The notes under the pieces: generated by a model
The model's input: the letters and a program-made list of their open reading frames with translations, nothing else
What the model was told of the DNA's origin: nothing
The model's database searches: none
DNA from: Alphaproteobacteria bacterium
GTDB taxonomy: Bacteria > Pseudomonadota > Alphaproteobacteria > Geminicoccales > Geminicoccaceae
DNA length: 43,835 bases
Assembly (NCBI GenBank): GCA_026984595.1
Contig: JALSRW010000405.1
Span: 1 to 43,835, forward strand
Direction: 5' to 3'
Program-made: the position numbers and the translations under genes
Part shown: positions 20,158 to 28,800 of the stretch, piece after piece
How the letters are laid out: the number at the start of each line of letters is the position of its first letter
Position numbering within the stretch: the stretch's first letter is position 1

Positions 20158-21225
20158 ATGAATACAAAAGACGAAGGCGGGCAGAATCCGCAGCCTGCGC
20201 CCGGGAACGCGCCGGAGGCAGAGAACGACGACGGCGTTGGCGGGACGGATGGCGAAGGCGGGAACGAGCCGACCAGCCTGCTCGATGCGCTGACCGAGGA
20301 GCTGGGCGGGGAGGATGACGACGCGGCAGGCGAGCCGGTTTCCCGGGAAACGGAGGGCGACGGTTCGGCAGACGATGAAGAGGGCGATGACGATGATGAA
20401 CAGGAAACCGAAGAAGCCGGCGAAGGGGCGCAGGAAGAAGCGCCGGTAACGGACGAGGAGGACCTCTACGCGCCCCTGCCCGAGGATGTGAAGGAGAAGA
20501 CCCGGGAGCGCTTCGAGAAGCTGGTGGAGTCGCACAAGGCGGTGACGCGGCAGCTGGAGACCTTCCGCGAGGAGAACGAGGGGTTCCGGGAGGTCATCCG
20601 CTATTCGCAGGCCACCCCCGAGGAGTTCAACCAGCTCGTCGAGTATTCCCATCTGGTCAAGAGCGGCGATCCGGAGAACCTGAAGGCCGCGCTGAAGATC
20701 CTCGACGAGCAGCGGGCGGCCATCGCGCGCCTGGTCAACGAGCCGGTGGCCGGCGTCGACCAGCTCGCCGAGTTTCCCGATCTGCGCGAACGGGTGGAGC
20801 GCATGGAGCTGGGCGAACAGGATGCGATCGAGATCGCGGCGCTGCGCCGCCGGGAGGCGGCCATCCAGGCCCAGCAGCAGGCGGCCGCGCAGCAGCGGCA
20901 GCAGGCGGAGTCGCTCCAGCAGCAGGCGGCCGCCGCGCAGCAGGAAATCGTGGCCCTCGCCAGCCAGTGGCAGGCCAACGACATCGACTATCCGAAGAAG
21001 CACGAGCGGCTGATGGCCAAGGCGCAGGAGATCGCCGCTACCTATCCGCCGCATCTGTGGAAGCAGGCGCTGGCGGATTACTACGACGCCATGCAGGTGG
21101 CCGCGCCGCCGGCGCCACCGCCGCAGGAGAATCCGCCGCAACCGCTCCGGCCCCGACCGGGCGGGGGTGGCAAACCGGTTCCGCAGAGCATGTTGCAGGC
21201 TGTGGAACAGGCGCTGGGCGACTGA
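20158..21225 (+). CDS. Scaffolding protein
   Basis: Very acidic N-terminus and a long Q/A/E coiled coil. Lies immediately upstream of the major capsid gene. CAGGAG upstream of ATG 20158. Confidence 0.75.
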   Translation: MNTKDEGGQNPQPAPGNAPEAENDDGVGGTDGEGGNEPTSLLDALTEELGGEDDDAAGEPVSRETEGDGSADDEEGDDDDEQETEEAGEGAQEEAPVTDEEDLYAPLPEDVKEKTRERFEKLVESHKAVTRQLETFREENEGFREVIRYSQATPEEFNQLVEYSHLVKSGDPENLKAALKILDEQRAAIARLVNEPVAGVDQLAEFPDLRERVERMELGEQDAIEIAALRRREAAIQAQQQAAAQQRQQAESLQQQAAAAQQEIVALASQWQANDIDYPKKHERLMAKAQEIAATYPPHLWKQALADYYDAMQVAAPPAPPPQENPPQPLRPRPGGGGKPVPQSMLQAVEQALGD

Positions 21226-21354
21226 TCGCCCGGCATCAGCACTAGCCGTATCGCCGGAGTCGCGCCCGGCAGGACAGTATCGAGGCCTCGTCTCCCTCAA
21301 GTGCTGGGAAAAACATCGCGTTTCGTGTTCAACCCACACTGAAGGAGTATCGCC

Positions 21355-22425
21355 ATGCCTTTCACCGCAGAAGAGATCGCGGCCGCCGGCAAGATCAGTC
21401 TGGATTATTACCAGAAGAACAAGCCGGTCGACCAGGTCAACACCGAGCGTCCGCTGCTGAAGACCCTCAAGGCCAAGCAGAAGACCGCGCCGGGCAACAA
21501 GCAGTTCATCGTGGAGCAGCTGCGCAAGTCCAACGGCTCCAATTTCCAGTGGTTCAACGGCTCGGAAGTCGTCACCTACAACAAGCGGCGCAACATCGAG
21601 CAGGCGCAGTACGCCTGGCGCTCCGCCCACGACGGCTTCGCGCTGGACGAGGACCGGCTGATCCAGAACGGGATCACCATCGACGAGTCCGGCAAGGGCA
21701 AGAACCACACCCAGGCCGAGCGGGTCCAGCTCACCAATCTGCTGGAAGAGGAGATCGAGGCGCTGGATCTGGGCTTTGAGGAGAAGTTCGATCAGGCCCT
21801 GCACCTGGATGGCACCCAGGATGCCGACGCCGTCATCGGCCTCGACGCCCTCGTTTCGCTGACCCCGGCCACCGGCACCGTCGGCGGCATCGATGCGGCC
21901 GCCAACGCCTTCTGGCGCAACCACGCCGCCACCGGCCTCACCGTGGCCACCACCACCGGCAACATCCTCACCCAGATGGAGCTGGCCTGGCGGGCCTGCA
22001 TCCGCAACGGCGGCGTGCCGGATTTCATTCTGGTGGGTTCCGATTTCCTCGACGGGTACCGGAACTTCATGATGAACACCTACGGAAGGGTGAACTACAC
22101 GCCCACCGGCGCCAAGAACATCGACGGCGGGTCCGGGCACAAGGAAGGCGTGAGCACCGGCATCTACTTCAACGGGGTGGAGCTGGTCTGGGACCCGGTG
22201 TTCAGCGAGTTGGACACGCTGTATGCGCCGGCCACGCCCTGGGAGAAGCGCTGCTACTTCATCAACACCCGCCACATGCGGTTGCGGCCCATCGACGGCC
22301 AGGACATGGTGACCCGCAAGCCGCCCCGGGCCTATGACAAGTACGAGTACTACTGGGGCCTGACCTGGCGCGGCGCCGTGTGCTGCAACCGCCGCAACGC
22401 CCACGCCGTGCTGGCCATCGCCTGA
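21355..22425 (+). CDS. Major capsid protein
   Basis: 356 aa with a strong RBS (GAAGGAG), positioned after the scaffold gene, with typical composition and high coding bias. Confidence 0.8.
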   Translation: MPFTAEEIAAAGKISLDYYQKNKPVDQVNTERPLLKTLKAKQKTAPGNKQFIVEQLRKSNGSNFQWFNGSEVVTYNKRRNIEQAQYAWRSAHDGFALDEDRLIQNGITIDESGKGKNHTQAERVQLTNLLEEEIEALDLGFEEKFDQALHLDGTQDADAVIGLDALVSLTPATGTVGGIDAAANAFWRNHAATGLTVATTTGNILTQMELAWRACIRNGGVPDFILVGSDFLDGYRNFMMNTYGRVNYTPTGAKNIDGGSGHKEGVSTGIYFNGVELVWDPVFSELDTLYAPATPWEKRCYFINTRHMRLRPIDGQDMVTRKPPRAYDKYEYYWGLTWRGAVCCNRRNAHAVLAIA

Positions 22426-22514
22426 CGCATGGGGGCCACGCCGGTCGTGTGGGCCCGTGCGGCCGGCGTGGTACGTCAACGGGCCACCTTTCCCCAACGC
22501 ACGAGGAGAATGAC

Positions 22515-23090
22515 ATGAGCGAGATTCACGCGAAGCGCGTGCACGTGGTGGTGGACCGCGGGCCGATGGAGAAGATCCCGACCACGATCTATGCGCACGA
22601 GGTGCCCTGCCTGGAGATCCAGCATGGCGAGGGCTCGGTGCATGTGCCTGAGCAACTGCCAGACGGGATGGACTACGCCGAGAACGGGGCGGTGGTGACG
22701 CTGGATCTGGACGAGGAGTGGGCGCGCCTGATCGGCAAGTACGGTCGCCACCCGGACATGAACGTGTCGGTGTGCGAGTACGTGTTCCAGGGGCAGAAGG
22801 CGAACCTGGCCAGGGCCTGCGCCGAGAGCGCGACGCGGGACGAGACGCGCGGCACCGCCGGCGTCGATGCCGACGGCGACGGCAACATGGCCAAGGCGGA
22901 GATCCAGGCGGCCCTGGCCGAGATGGCGATCCCGTTCCACAAGAACGCCACCAAGGCGGTGCTGCTGGAGACGCTGCGCGACGGCCTGAGCCAGATCCTC
23001 GACGAGGCCGGCGTGGACCATGACGTGGACGCGCCGGTGGAGGTGCTCTACCGGCAGGCCCGGGATCTGATGACCGAGGGTAGCGACTGA
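22515..23090 (+). CDS. Virion-module protein with a C-terminal HeH/SAP-like motif (191 aa)
   Basis: GAGGAG upstream. The segment KAEIQAALAEMAIPFHKNATKAVLLETL resembles an HeH/SAP helix-extension-helix. Confidence 0.6.
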   Translation: MSEIHAKRVHVVVDRGPMEKIPTTIYAHEVPCLEIQHGEGSVHVPEQLPDGMDYAENGAVVTLDLDEEWARLIGKYGRHPDMNVSVCEYVFQGQKANLARACAESATRDETRGTAGVDADGDGNMAKAEIQAALAEMAIPFHKNATKAVLLETLRDGLSQILDEAGVDHDVDAPVEVLYRQARDLMTEGSD

Positions 23091-23752
23091 TGGCGTTGCC
23101 CGGGAAACCGACCCTGGGCGAGTTGCGGGCCGAGGTGCTGGCGCGCCTCGGCTTCGCGGCCCAGGGCGCCGCGGCCGGGAATCTGATCACGACGGTCGAT
23201 TCCTATCTGAAGCGGGCGCAGGACTATCTGTACTGGAAGTACGATTTCCGCGAGCTGCGGCGGGTGCGGGACATCACGGTCAACCCCGGGCAAACCCTGT
23301 ACGACTGGCCGGACGACATGGAGCCGCGGCGCCTGGTGTCGGTGCAGGTGCTGGATCACGGGATCTGGGTGCCGCTGGAGGAGGGCATCGAGTATTTCCA
23401 CGATACGGTCGCTGACACGCGCTTCCATCCCCGGCGGTTCGACCGGCGCGACCAGCTCGAGATCTGGCCGCAGCCGGATGCGAGCTACACGCTGCGCGTC
23501 GAGTATTACCGGCGACTGGGGCGGTTCGCCCAGGACGGCGACCGCTGCACCATCGACGATGCGCTGCTGTTCAACTACGCCCTGGCCAAGGCCAAGCGGC
23601 ATTACAACCAGCCCGACGCGCAGGACTACTTCGACGAGGTGGCCGATCTGCTGCGTCGGCTGAAGAGCGGGGAGCACGGCCAGCGCCGCTACGTGGTCGG
23701 CGACAAGCCGGGAACGCCGATGCCGCGGCCGAAGGTGATCGACTACCCATGA
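23090..23752 (+). CDS. Head-tail adaptor candidate (220 aa)
   Basis: Lies between the capsid-associated genes and the large tail protein. Function is assigned by position only. Confidence 0.5.
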   Translation: MALPGKPTLGELRAEVLARLGFAAQGAAAGNLITTVDSYLKRAQDYLYWKYDFRELRRVRDITVNPGQTLYDWPDDMEPRRLVSVQVLDHGIWVPLEEGIEYFHDTVADTRFHPRRFDRRDQLEIWPQPDASYTLRVEYYRRLGRFAQDGDRCTIDDALLFNYALAKAKRHYNQPDAQDYFDEVADLLRRLKSGEHGQRRYVVGDKPGTPMPRPKVIDYP

Positions 23753-25137
23753 CCCGCGCGATCACCTTCGACCGCTTCGAGGTGGGCCTCGATCTGCGCA
23801 AGGGGCCGAGCGTCTCCGACGCGAACCGCCTGCGGCAGTTGAAGAACGCCTACGTGACCACCGGCAAGGTGGTGCGCAAGCGCCCGGGCCTGCGCAAGGT
23901 GGCGACGCTGGAGGCCGGCACGAAAGGCCTGGTGGCGGGACTGGGCAAGCTGCACACCTTCTACGAGTCCGGGAACATCACGCACGCCGATCCGCTGTTC
24001 CAGGCCAACCCGGTGGCGCATCCCGACACGTCGCAACCGGTGGTGCGGGTGCACAAGGGCGACGTGTTCGAGGGGTTTCTGTACGTGTCGGTGGAATACG
24101 CCGACGGGAGCATCTGGCATCACTATCTGGATGGCGCGCTGCCGTCGCACATCGCGGACGTCAACTGTCCGCAGACGGCTTCCTGGATCAAGATGTCTTC
24201 CAAGATCTGGGCGGTGGACGGCGACGTGGTGCGCTTTTCCGCCACCAGTCTGCCGCGCGACTGGACGACGGCCGAGGATGCCGGTTTCCTGCCCACGGGC
24301 CTGCAGCAGGCCGGCGCCCTCGAGGCCCTGGCCCTCGGCCAGCAGGAGCGGGACCTGGTGGTGTACTTCGCCGACAGCGCGCAGATCTGGGTGCCGGATC
24401 CGGACCCGGCCCTGCACGTGTTCAAGAAGCCGATCAACGGTGTCGGCACGCGCTGGCCGCGCAGCGTGAACAACGTCTCCGGCGACAGCTTCTTCCTGTC
24501 GGATTACGGGTTCCGCTCCATCAGCATGCGCGGGGCCACCGACAACCTGACCGACGTGGACGTGGGCAGTCCGATCGATTCGCTGGTGACGCCGCTGCTG
24601 ACGAGCGGGATCGATCCGGTGTCGGCCTATTACGCCGGCGGCGGGCAGTACTGGTGCGCCATCGGCGGGACGGTGTTCACCTACACCTTCTCCCGGACCA
24701 TGAAGATCAGCGCCTGGGCGCAATACGACCTCGGGGTGCCCATCGACGACATGGCCGAGCTGGCCGGCAAGCTCTATGTCCGCTCGGCGGACGAGGTCTA
24801 CCAGGTGGACGAGTCGGTGCATACCGACGACGGCGCCATGTACGAGATGGTGATGGAGATGCCGTTCCTGGACTTCAAGCTGCCGGGCGTGATGAAGCGG
24901 ATCGTCGGGGTCGATGCGGTGATTCAGGGCGAGGCCGATTTGCGGCTGCGGTGGGATCCGCGGGATACGAGCCGGATCACGGAGCCGGTGCCGCTCGGCG
25001 GCGATACCCGTCCGGGGGCCATGACGCCCGTCGAGGTGACGGCCACGTCGGTGGCGCCGGTGATCACCTCGACCACCGATCAGCCGGTGCAGATCGATGC
25101 GCTCACGTTCTACTACGACGCCTTGGGGGTGATCTGA
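23749..25137 (+). CDS. Tail tubular/nozzle-like protein candidate (462 aa)
   Basis: Large beta-rich protein after the adaptor candidate, as in podoviruses. ATGA overlap with the previous ORF. Confidence 0.5.
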   Translation: MTRAITFDRFEVGLDLRKGPSVSDANRLRQLKNAYVTTGKVVRKRPGLRKVATLEAGTKGLVAGLGKLHTFYESGNITHADPLFQANPVAHPDTSQPVVRVHKGDVFEGFLYVSVEYADGSIWHHYLDGALPSHIADVNCPQTASWIKMSSKIWAVDGDVVRFSATSLPRDWTTAEDAGFLPTGLQQAGALEALALGQQERDLVVYFADSAQIWVPDPDPALHVFKKPINGVGTRWPRSVNNVSGDSFFLSDYGFRSISMRGATDNLTDVDVGSPIDSLVTPLLTSGIDPVSAYYAGGGQYWCAIGGTVFTYTFSRTMKISAWAQYDLGVPIDDMAELAGKLYVRSADEVYQVDESVHTDDGAMYEMVMEMPFLDFKLPGVMKRIVGVDAVIQGEADLRLRWDPRDTSRITEPVPLGGDTRPGAMTPVEVTATSVAPVITSTTDQPVQIDALTFYYDALGVI

Positions 25138-25328
25138 TGTGGGATGTCCACGTGTACCAGATCTGTTTGCTCGATCCCGTGCCGCGGCGGGAGCGTGTGG
25201 AGATCCGCACCTTCCGCCGGCGATGGCAGGCGCTGGCCTACGCCTGGTGGGTGAGGCTGCCTTTCGGGCTGACGCTGTTCGTGCAGGCAGGAGAGGTGCA
25301 TGAGCACCCGGCTGACGACGCTGCTTGA
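25137..25328 (+). CDS. Hypothetical small protein (63 aa)
   Basis: ATGA-type overlap with the previous stop. Overlaps the next ORF by 29 nt. Confidence 0.4.
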   Translation: MWDVHVYQICLLDPVPRRERVEIRTFRRRWQALAYAWWVRLPFGLTLFVQAGEVHEHPADDAA

Positions 25329-25767
25329 CGCGGCGGCCGCGACCGGGCCGGGCACCGCGCTGGATCTCTCCGCGGAGCCTCGCTACCAGGGCGGCGCCCA
25401 CAGCTTCGAGGTGAGCGGCACGTTCGTGGGCAGCGTGGCCATTGAGGCCTCGGTGGATGGCGGCACGGTCTGGCATCCGCTCGGGACGTTCACCGACGGC
25501 GGCGGCCTGCTGAACGCCGGTGGCGCATACACGCAACTGCGCGGCAACGTGACGGCCTACACCAGCGGAGCGATCACCCTGACGGTGCGGTACGGGCTGC
25601 TGCAGGACCTGAAGGCCGATCTCGACACGCTGCTCGGCCGCCTGACGCAGCCCCGCGCCGGCTATCTCGACAACCTGGTGCGGCTCGACACGAAGGTCTC
25701 CGGCGTGTCGGCCAAGGCCAACATCGACAATCTGATCAAGCAACTGCGGGCGCAGGTGCCGGTGTGA
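25300..25767 (+). CDS. Asp-box (BNR-like) protein (155 aa)
   Basis: Contains the motif SVDGGTVW. Related in style to the 14661-14960 product. Confidence 0.6.
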   Translation: MSTRLTTLLDAAAATGPGTALDLSAEPRYQGGAHSFEVSGTFVGSVAIEASVDGGTVWHPLGTFTDGGGLLNAGGAYTQLRGNVTAYTSGAITLTVRYGLLQDLKADLDTLLGRLTQPRAGYLDNLVRLDTKVSGVSAKANIDNLIKQLRAQVPV

Positions 25768-26225
25768 TCGCGCCGCTGACCATCGACCAGGCGCTGTACG
25801 TTGCGCGGCGCATGCGCGAGGTCGATTTCGCGGAGGTGATGGCGACCCGCTGGGACGACGATCCGGACCGGTTCGCCGTCGATTCGTTCCGGTTGCCCGG
25901 CGTGGCTTGGGCCGCCACGACCGCGGTCGGGGAGCCGGCGGCCATCGGCGGCGTGGCGCTGCACACGCCGGGCGTCGGTACGGCCTGGCTCGTGACCACC
26001 GAGGCGTTTCCGCAGGTGGCGCTGTCGGTCACGCGGCACGTGCGGCAGGTCGTCGACAGGCTGCTCGCCGGGGAGCTGCGCCGGATCCACGCCTGGTCGG
26101 CGGCCTTTCACGTGGAGGCGCACCGTTGGATGGAGCGGGTCGGGATGCGCCGCGAGGCGGTGCTGCGGGCCCTGGGCAAGGATGGCGAGGATTTCTTCAT
26201 GTACGCGATCACGCGGGAGGAGTGA
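25764..26225 (+). CDS. GNAT-like acetyltransferase-fold protein within the internal-virion-protein block
   Basis: The C-terminus RRIHAWSAAFHVEAHRWMERVGMRREAVLRALGKDGEDFFMYAI resembles the GNAT C-terminal signature. GTG start overlapping the previous TGA. Confidence 0.5.
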   Translation: MIAPLTIDQALYVARRMREVDFAEVMATRWDDDPDRFAVDSFRLPGVAWAATTAVGEPAAIGGVALHTPGVGTAWLVTTEAFPQVALSVTRHVRQVVDRLLAGELRRIHAWSAAFHVEAHRWMERVGMRREAVLRALGKDGEDFFMYAITREE

Positions 26226-26228
26226 GTC

Positions 26229-26984
26229 ATGTGTGGAGGCGGAGGCGGCGACGGCGGCGCGGCGGCCCGCGAGGCGGAGCGGCAGCGCAAGCAGAACGAG
26301 GCCATCGCGCGCGTCAACCGGTTGTTCGGGGTGTACACGGAAACGCCCAAACCGCGCGAGGAGGATTTCTACTATACCGACAATACCGGCGATGGCGGCA
26401 GGGTCTTCGACAAGGCGGCCTACGACCGCGCCCTGCAGGCGTGGGAGGCCGAGAACGCGCGGTTGCGGGCCGCGGCGGACGAGAACGCCCAGGCGCGCAC
26501 GCAGCTCTACGACCGGACCCGGCAGGACGTGCGCGACTACTACATGAACGATTTGAACCGCCAACGGCAGGACACGGAACGCCAGGCCCGCTTCGGCCTG
26601 GCACGGCGGGGCGTGATCGGCGGCTCTTCCGAGCTGGATGTGGGAGACAACATCCTCGAGCAGTACAACCGCGGGGTGCTCGACATCGGCAACCGGGCCG
26701 ACGCGGCCGCCACGCGCCTGCGCACGGCGGACGAGCAGGCGCGACTGGATCTGATTTCCCGGATCCGTTCCGGCATGTCCGCCGGCAACGCGGTGCAAAG
26801 CGCCACGACCACGCTGCAGAACAATCTCGAGGCGGCCCGCAGCAACGCGATGGCCGATGCCCTGGGGCAGGTGTTCTCGGACTACGGCTATTACGTGACC
26901 GAGCAGGCCAGGAACCGTGGTTACCGCCGTGGCAGAGGCGGCACCTTCTACGCCAACCCGCGCAGCTACTACGGGAGGACATGA
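26229..26984 (+). CDS. Internal virion protein candidate (251 aa)
   Basis: Charged, helical and Q/R/A-rich. Begins MCGGGGGDGG. Confidence 0.6.
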   Translation: MCGGGGGDGGAAAREAERQRKQNEAIARVNRLFGVYTETPKPREEDFYYTDNTGDGGRVFDKAAYDRALQAWEAENARLRAAADENAQARTQLYDRTRQDVRDYYMNDLNRQRQDTERQARFGLARRGVIGGSSELDVGDNILEQYNRGVLDIGNRADAAATRLRTADEQARLDLISRIRSGMSAGNAVQSATTTLQNNLEAARSNAMADALGQVFSDYGYYVTEQARNRGYRRGRGGTFYANPRSYYGRT

Positions 26985-27679
26985 GCATGTGCGAACCGAG
27001 CCTGATCATGATGGGCGTCGGCATGGCGCTGCAGTACAAGGCGCAACAGGATGCCCAGGCGCGGGTGCGCCGGGCGCTGGGTCTGGCCGAGGATCGCAAC
27101 GACCGCTACAACCAGCAGGTGATCGACATTACCGACGAGAACGCGCAGCAGTACGACGCCAAACAGCGCCTCGAGGCGAGCGACCAGGCCGGCGAGGCGG
27201 CGACACGGTCTCTGACGGCGTATCTGCAACAGGCGCGCGATGCGGGCATGGGCGAGGTGAGCGCGGCCACGCAGGGGCGCACCAGCCAGGTCTTCGATGC
27301 GGAGCGCGCCAGGCGCACCGCGGCGCAGGCCGATTCCGCCGTGCGCCTGGCGCAGCTCATGGGCCGGGTGCGCGGGCCGATGGATCTGCGCACCGAGGAG
27401 GGCTTCGCCAACGCCGATGCCGCCAGCCGCCTGGGCCTGATCGGCCAGGAGCAACTGGCGATGGCCCGCGCCGGGCTGGCCGACGCGCGACTGGCCGGCA
27501 CGCCCGATCCGTTTCTGACAACGGTCGGCGGCGCCCTGCGTGGCTATGGCGCCGGCATGGCCGCATCGGGCGGCACGACCACAACAGCCACGGGCAAGCC
27601 GGTGGCGCAAAGCACCTATGGCCCGGTCTATTCCGGCAAGCGGGGTCCGTACATTCCACGTTCACTGTTCAAGGGGTGA
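26981..27679 (+). CDS. Internal virion protein candidate (232 aa)
   Basis: ATGA overlap with the previous ORF. N-terminal hydrophobic segment LIMMGVGMAL. Confidence 0.6.
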   Translation: MSMCEPSLIMMGVGMALQYKAQQDAQARVRRALGLAEDRNDRYNQQVIDITDENAQQYDAKQRLEASDQAGEAATRSLTAYLQQARDAGMGEVSAATQGRTSQVFDAERARRTAAQADSAVRLAQLMGRVRGPMDLRTEEGFANADAASRLGLIGQEQLAMARAGLADARLAGTPDPFLTTVGGALRGYGAGMAASGGTTTTATGKPVAQSTYGPVYSGKRGPYIPRSLFKG

Positions 27680-27682
27680 GTC

Positions 27683-28708
27683 ATGGCGCAACGAAACTAC
27701 GCTCCCATGGCGCGAGGCGCCTACGAGCTGGCCAGGGCCTTCGCCATGGCGCCGGCCGTCGAGCGGCGCGCCTCGCGCGCGGCGATGCAGGATGCGCTCG
27801 ACGGCGCGCTGGCGCAGGCGCGGATCGACAAGTACCGAACCGACGCAGAACTCGGGCGCCAGCGCCTGGCCGGGATGGAGGAAGGGCGCAACCGGTTCCT
27901 CGCCGGGGCCACCGGCCTGACGCAGCCCCAGCTCGACGAGCTGAACCGGGCCATGAACGAAGGCTGGCTGCGGCAGGCCGAGGGCCCGCCGACGCCGGCC
28001 GGCGAATACCCCGTGATGGACGGGCGGCCGGACTGGGCCACCCCGGAGGTGGAGGACCGCTTTCGCCAGGCGAATCTGGCCCTGGGCGCGAATCTGATCG
28101 GCACGGGCAAGACCAACGCGAATCAGCTCGTCGCGGCGCTTCAGGGCGCCCTGAATCTCGGCCTGCAGCGCAAGCTGCTGGACGGGAAGGCGCAACCGGA
28201 AGCCGTCGCCCGGGTCATGGGGGCCATGGCCGGGAAGCCGACGGTGGACGTGACCGGCAGCGGCATCGCTTTCGACCCCTACGGGAACAAGACCGATCTG
28301 AACGTGGAGCCGTTCATGGCCAAGGCGCAGGCCGCGGGCGGGGCCGGCGGAAGCGGCGCCGGTGGCGGGGCGCGTCTGCCGAACACGGCCCGGATGATCG
28401 AGTACTACCAGCGGCTCGGTTACCCGCAGGAGGAGGCCGTGCGCCTGGCGAACACCGCCAAGCGGCAACCGGTGAGCAATCTGCTGATGAACGCCTACAT
28501 GCAGGCCGCCGAGACGGTGAACATGATGCCGCCGCCCGAGGGGATCGAGATGGGCTCGCCTGAGTACCAGGCCTGGCGCGAGCGGATGATCGAGACGATC
28601 GCGCGGCGGGCCTACGAGTTTTCGCAGCGGTTCGGATCGCCGGAGGCCTCCGCCATGCCCGGCACCGGGCCGTCCGATCCGGCCGATCCGCTGGGGCTGC
28701 GCCGGTGA
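27683..28708 (+). CDS. Internal virion protein candidate (341 aa)
   Basis: Tightly packed with its neighbours; helical and charged. Confidence 0.6.
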   Translation: MAQRNYAPMARGAYELARAFAMAPAVERRASRAAMQDALDGALAQARIDKYRTDAELGRQRLAGMEEGRNRFLAGATGLTQPQLDELNRAMNEGWLRQAEGPPTPAGEYPVMDGRPDWATPEVEDRFRQANLALGANLIGTGKTNANQLVAALQGALNLGLQRKLLDGKAQPEAVARVMGAMAGKPTVDVTGSGIAFDPYGNKTDLNVEPFMAKAQAAGGAGGSGAGGGARLPNTARMIEYYQRLGYPQEEAVRLANTAKRQPVSNLLMNAYMQAAETVNMMPPPEGIEMGSPEYQAWRERMIETIARRAYEFSQRFGSPEASAMPGTGPSDPADPLGLRR

Positions 28709-28800
28709 GTCTCGAGGCCTTCCGCCAGCGCTATCCGCAGTACGGCGACATGAGCGACGAGCAGCTCGCCTCGGCGCTGTACGAGTAGTTCTACGCCGAC

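Noticed and set aside
20143-23190. 1015-aa ORF on the minus strand across the scaffold and capsid genes
   Set aside because: Arg/Pro/Gly/Ala-rich nonsense composition, antisense to well-supported plus-strand genes with RBSs. This is a typical GC-rich shadow ORF.
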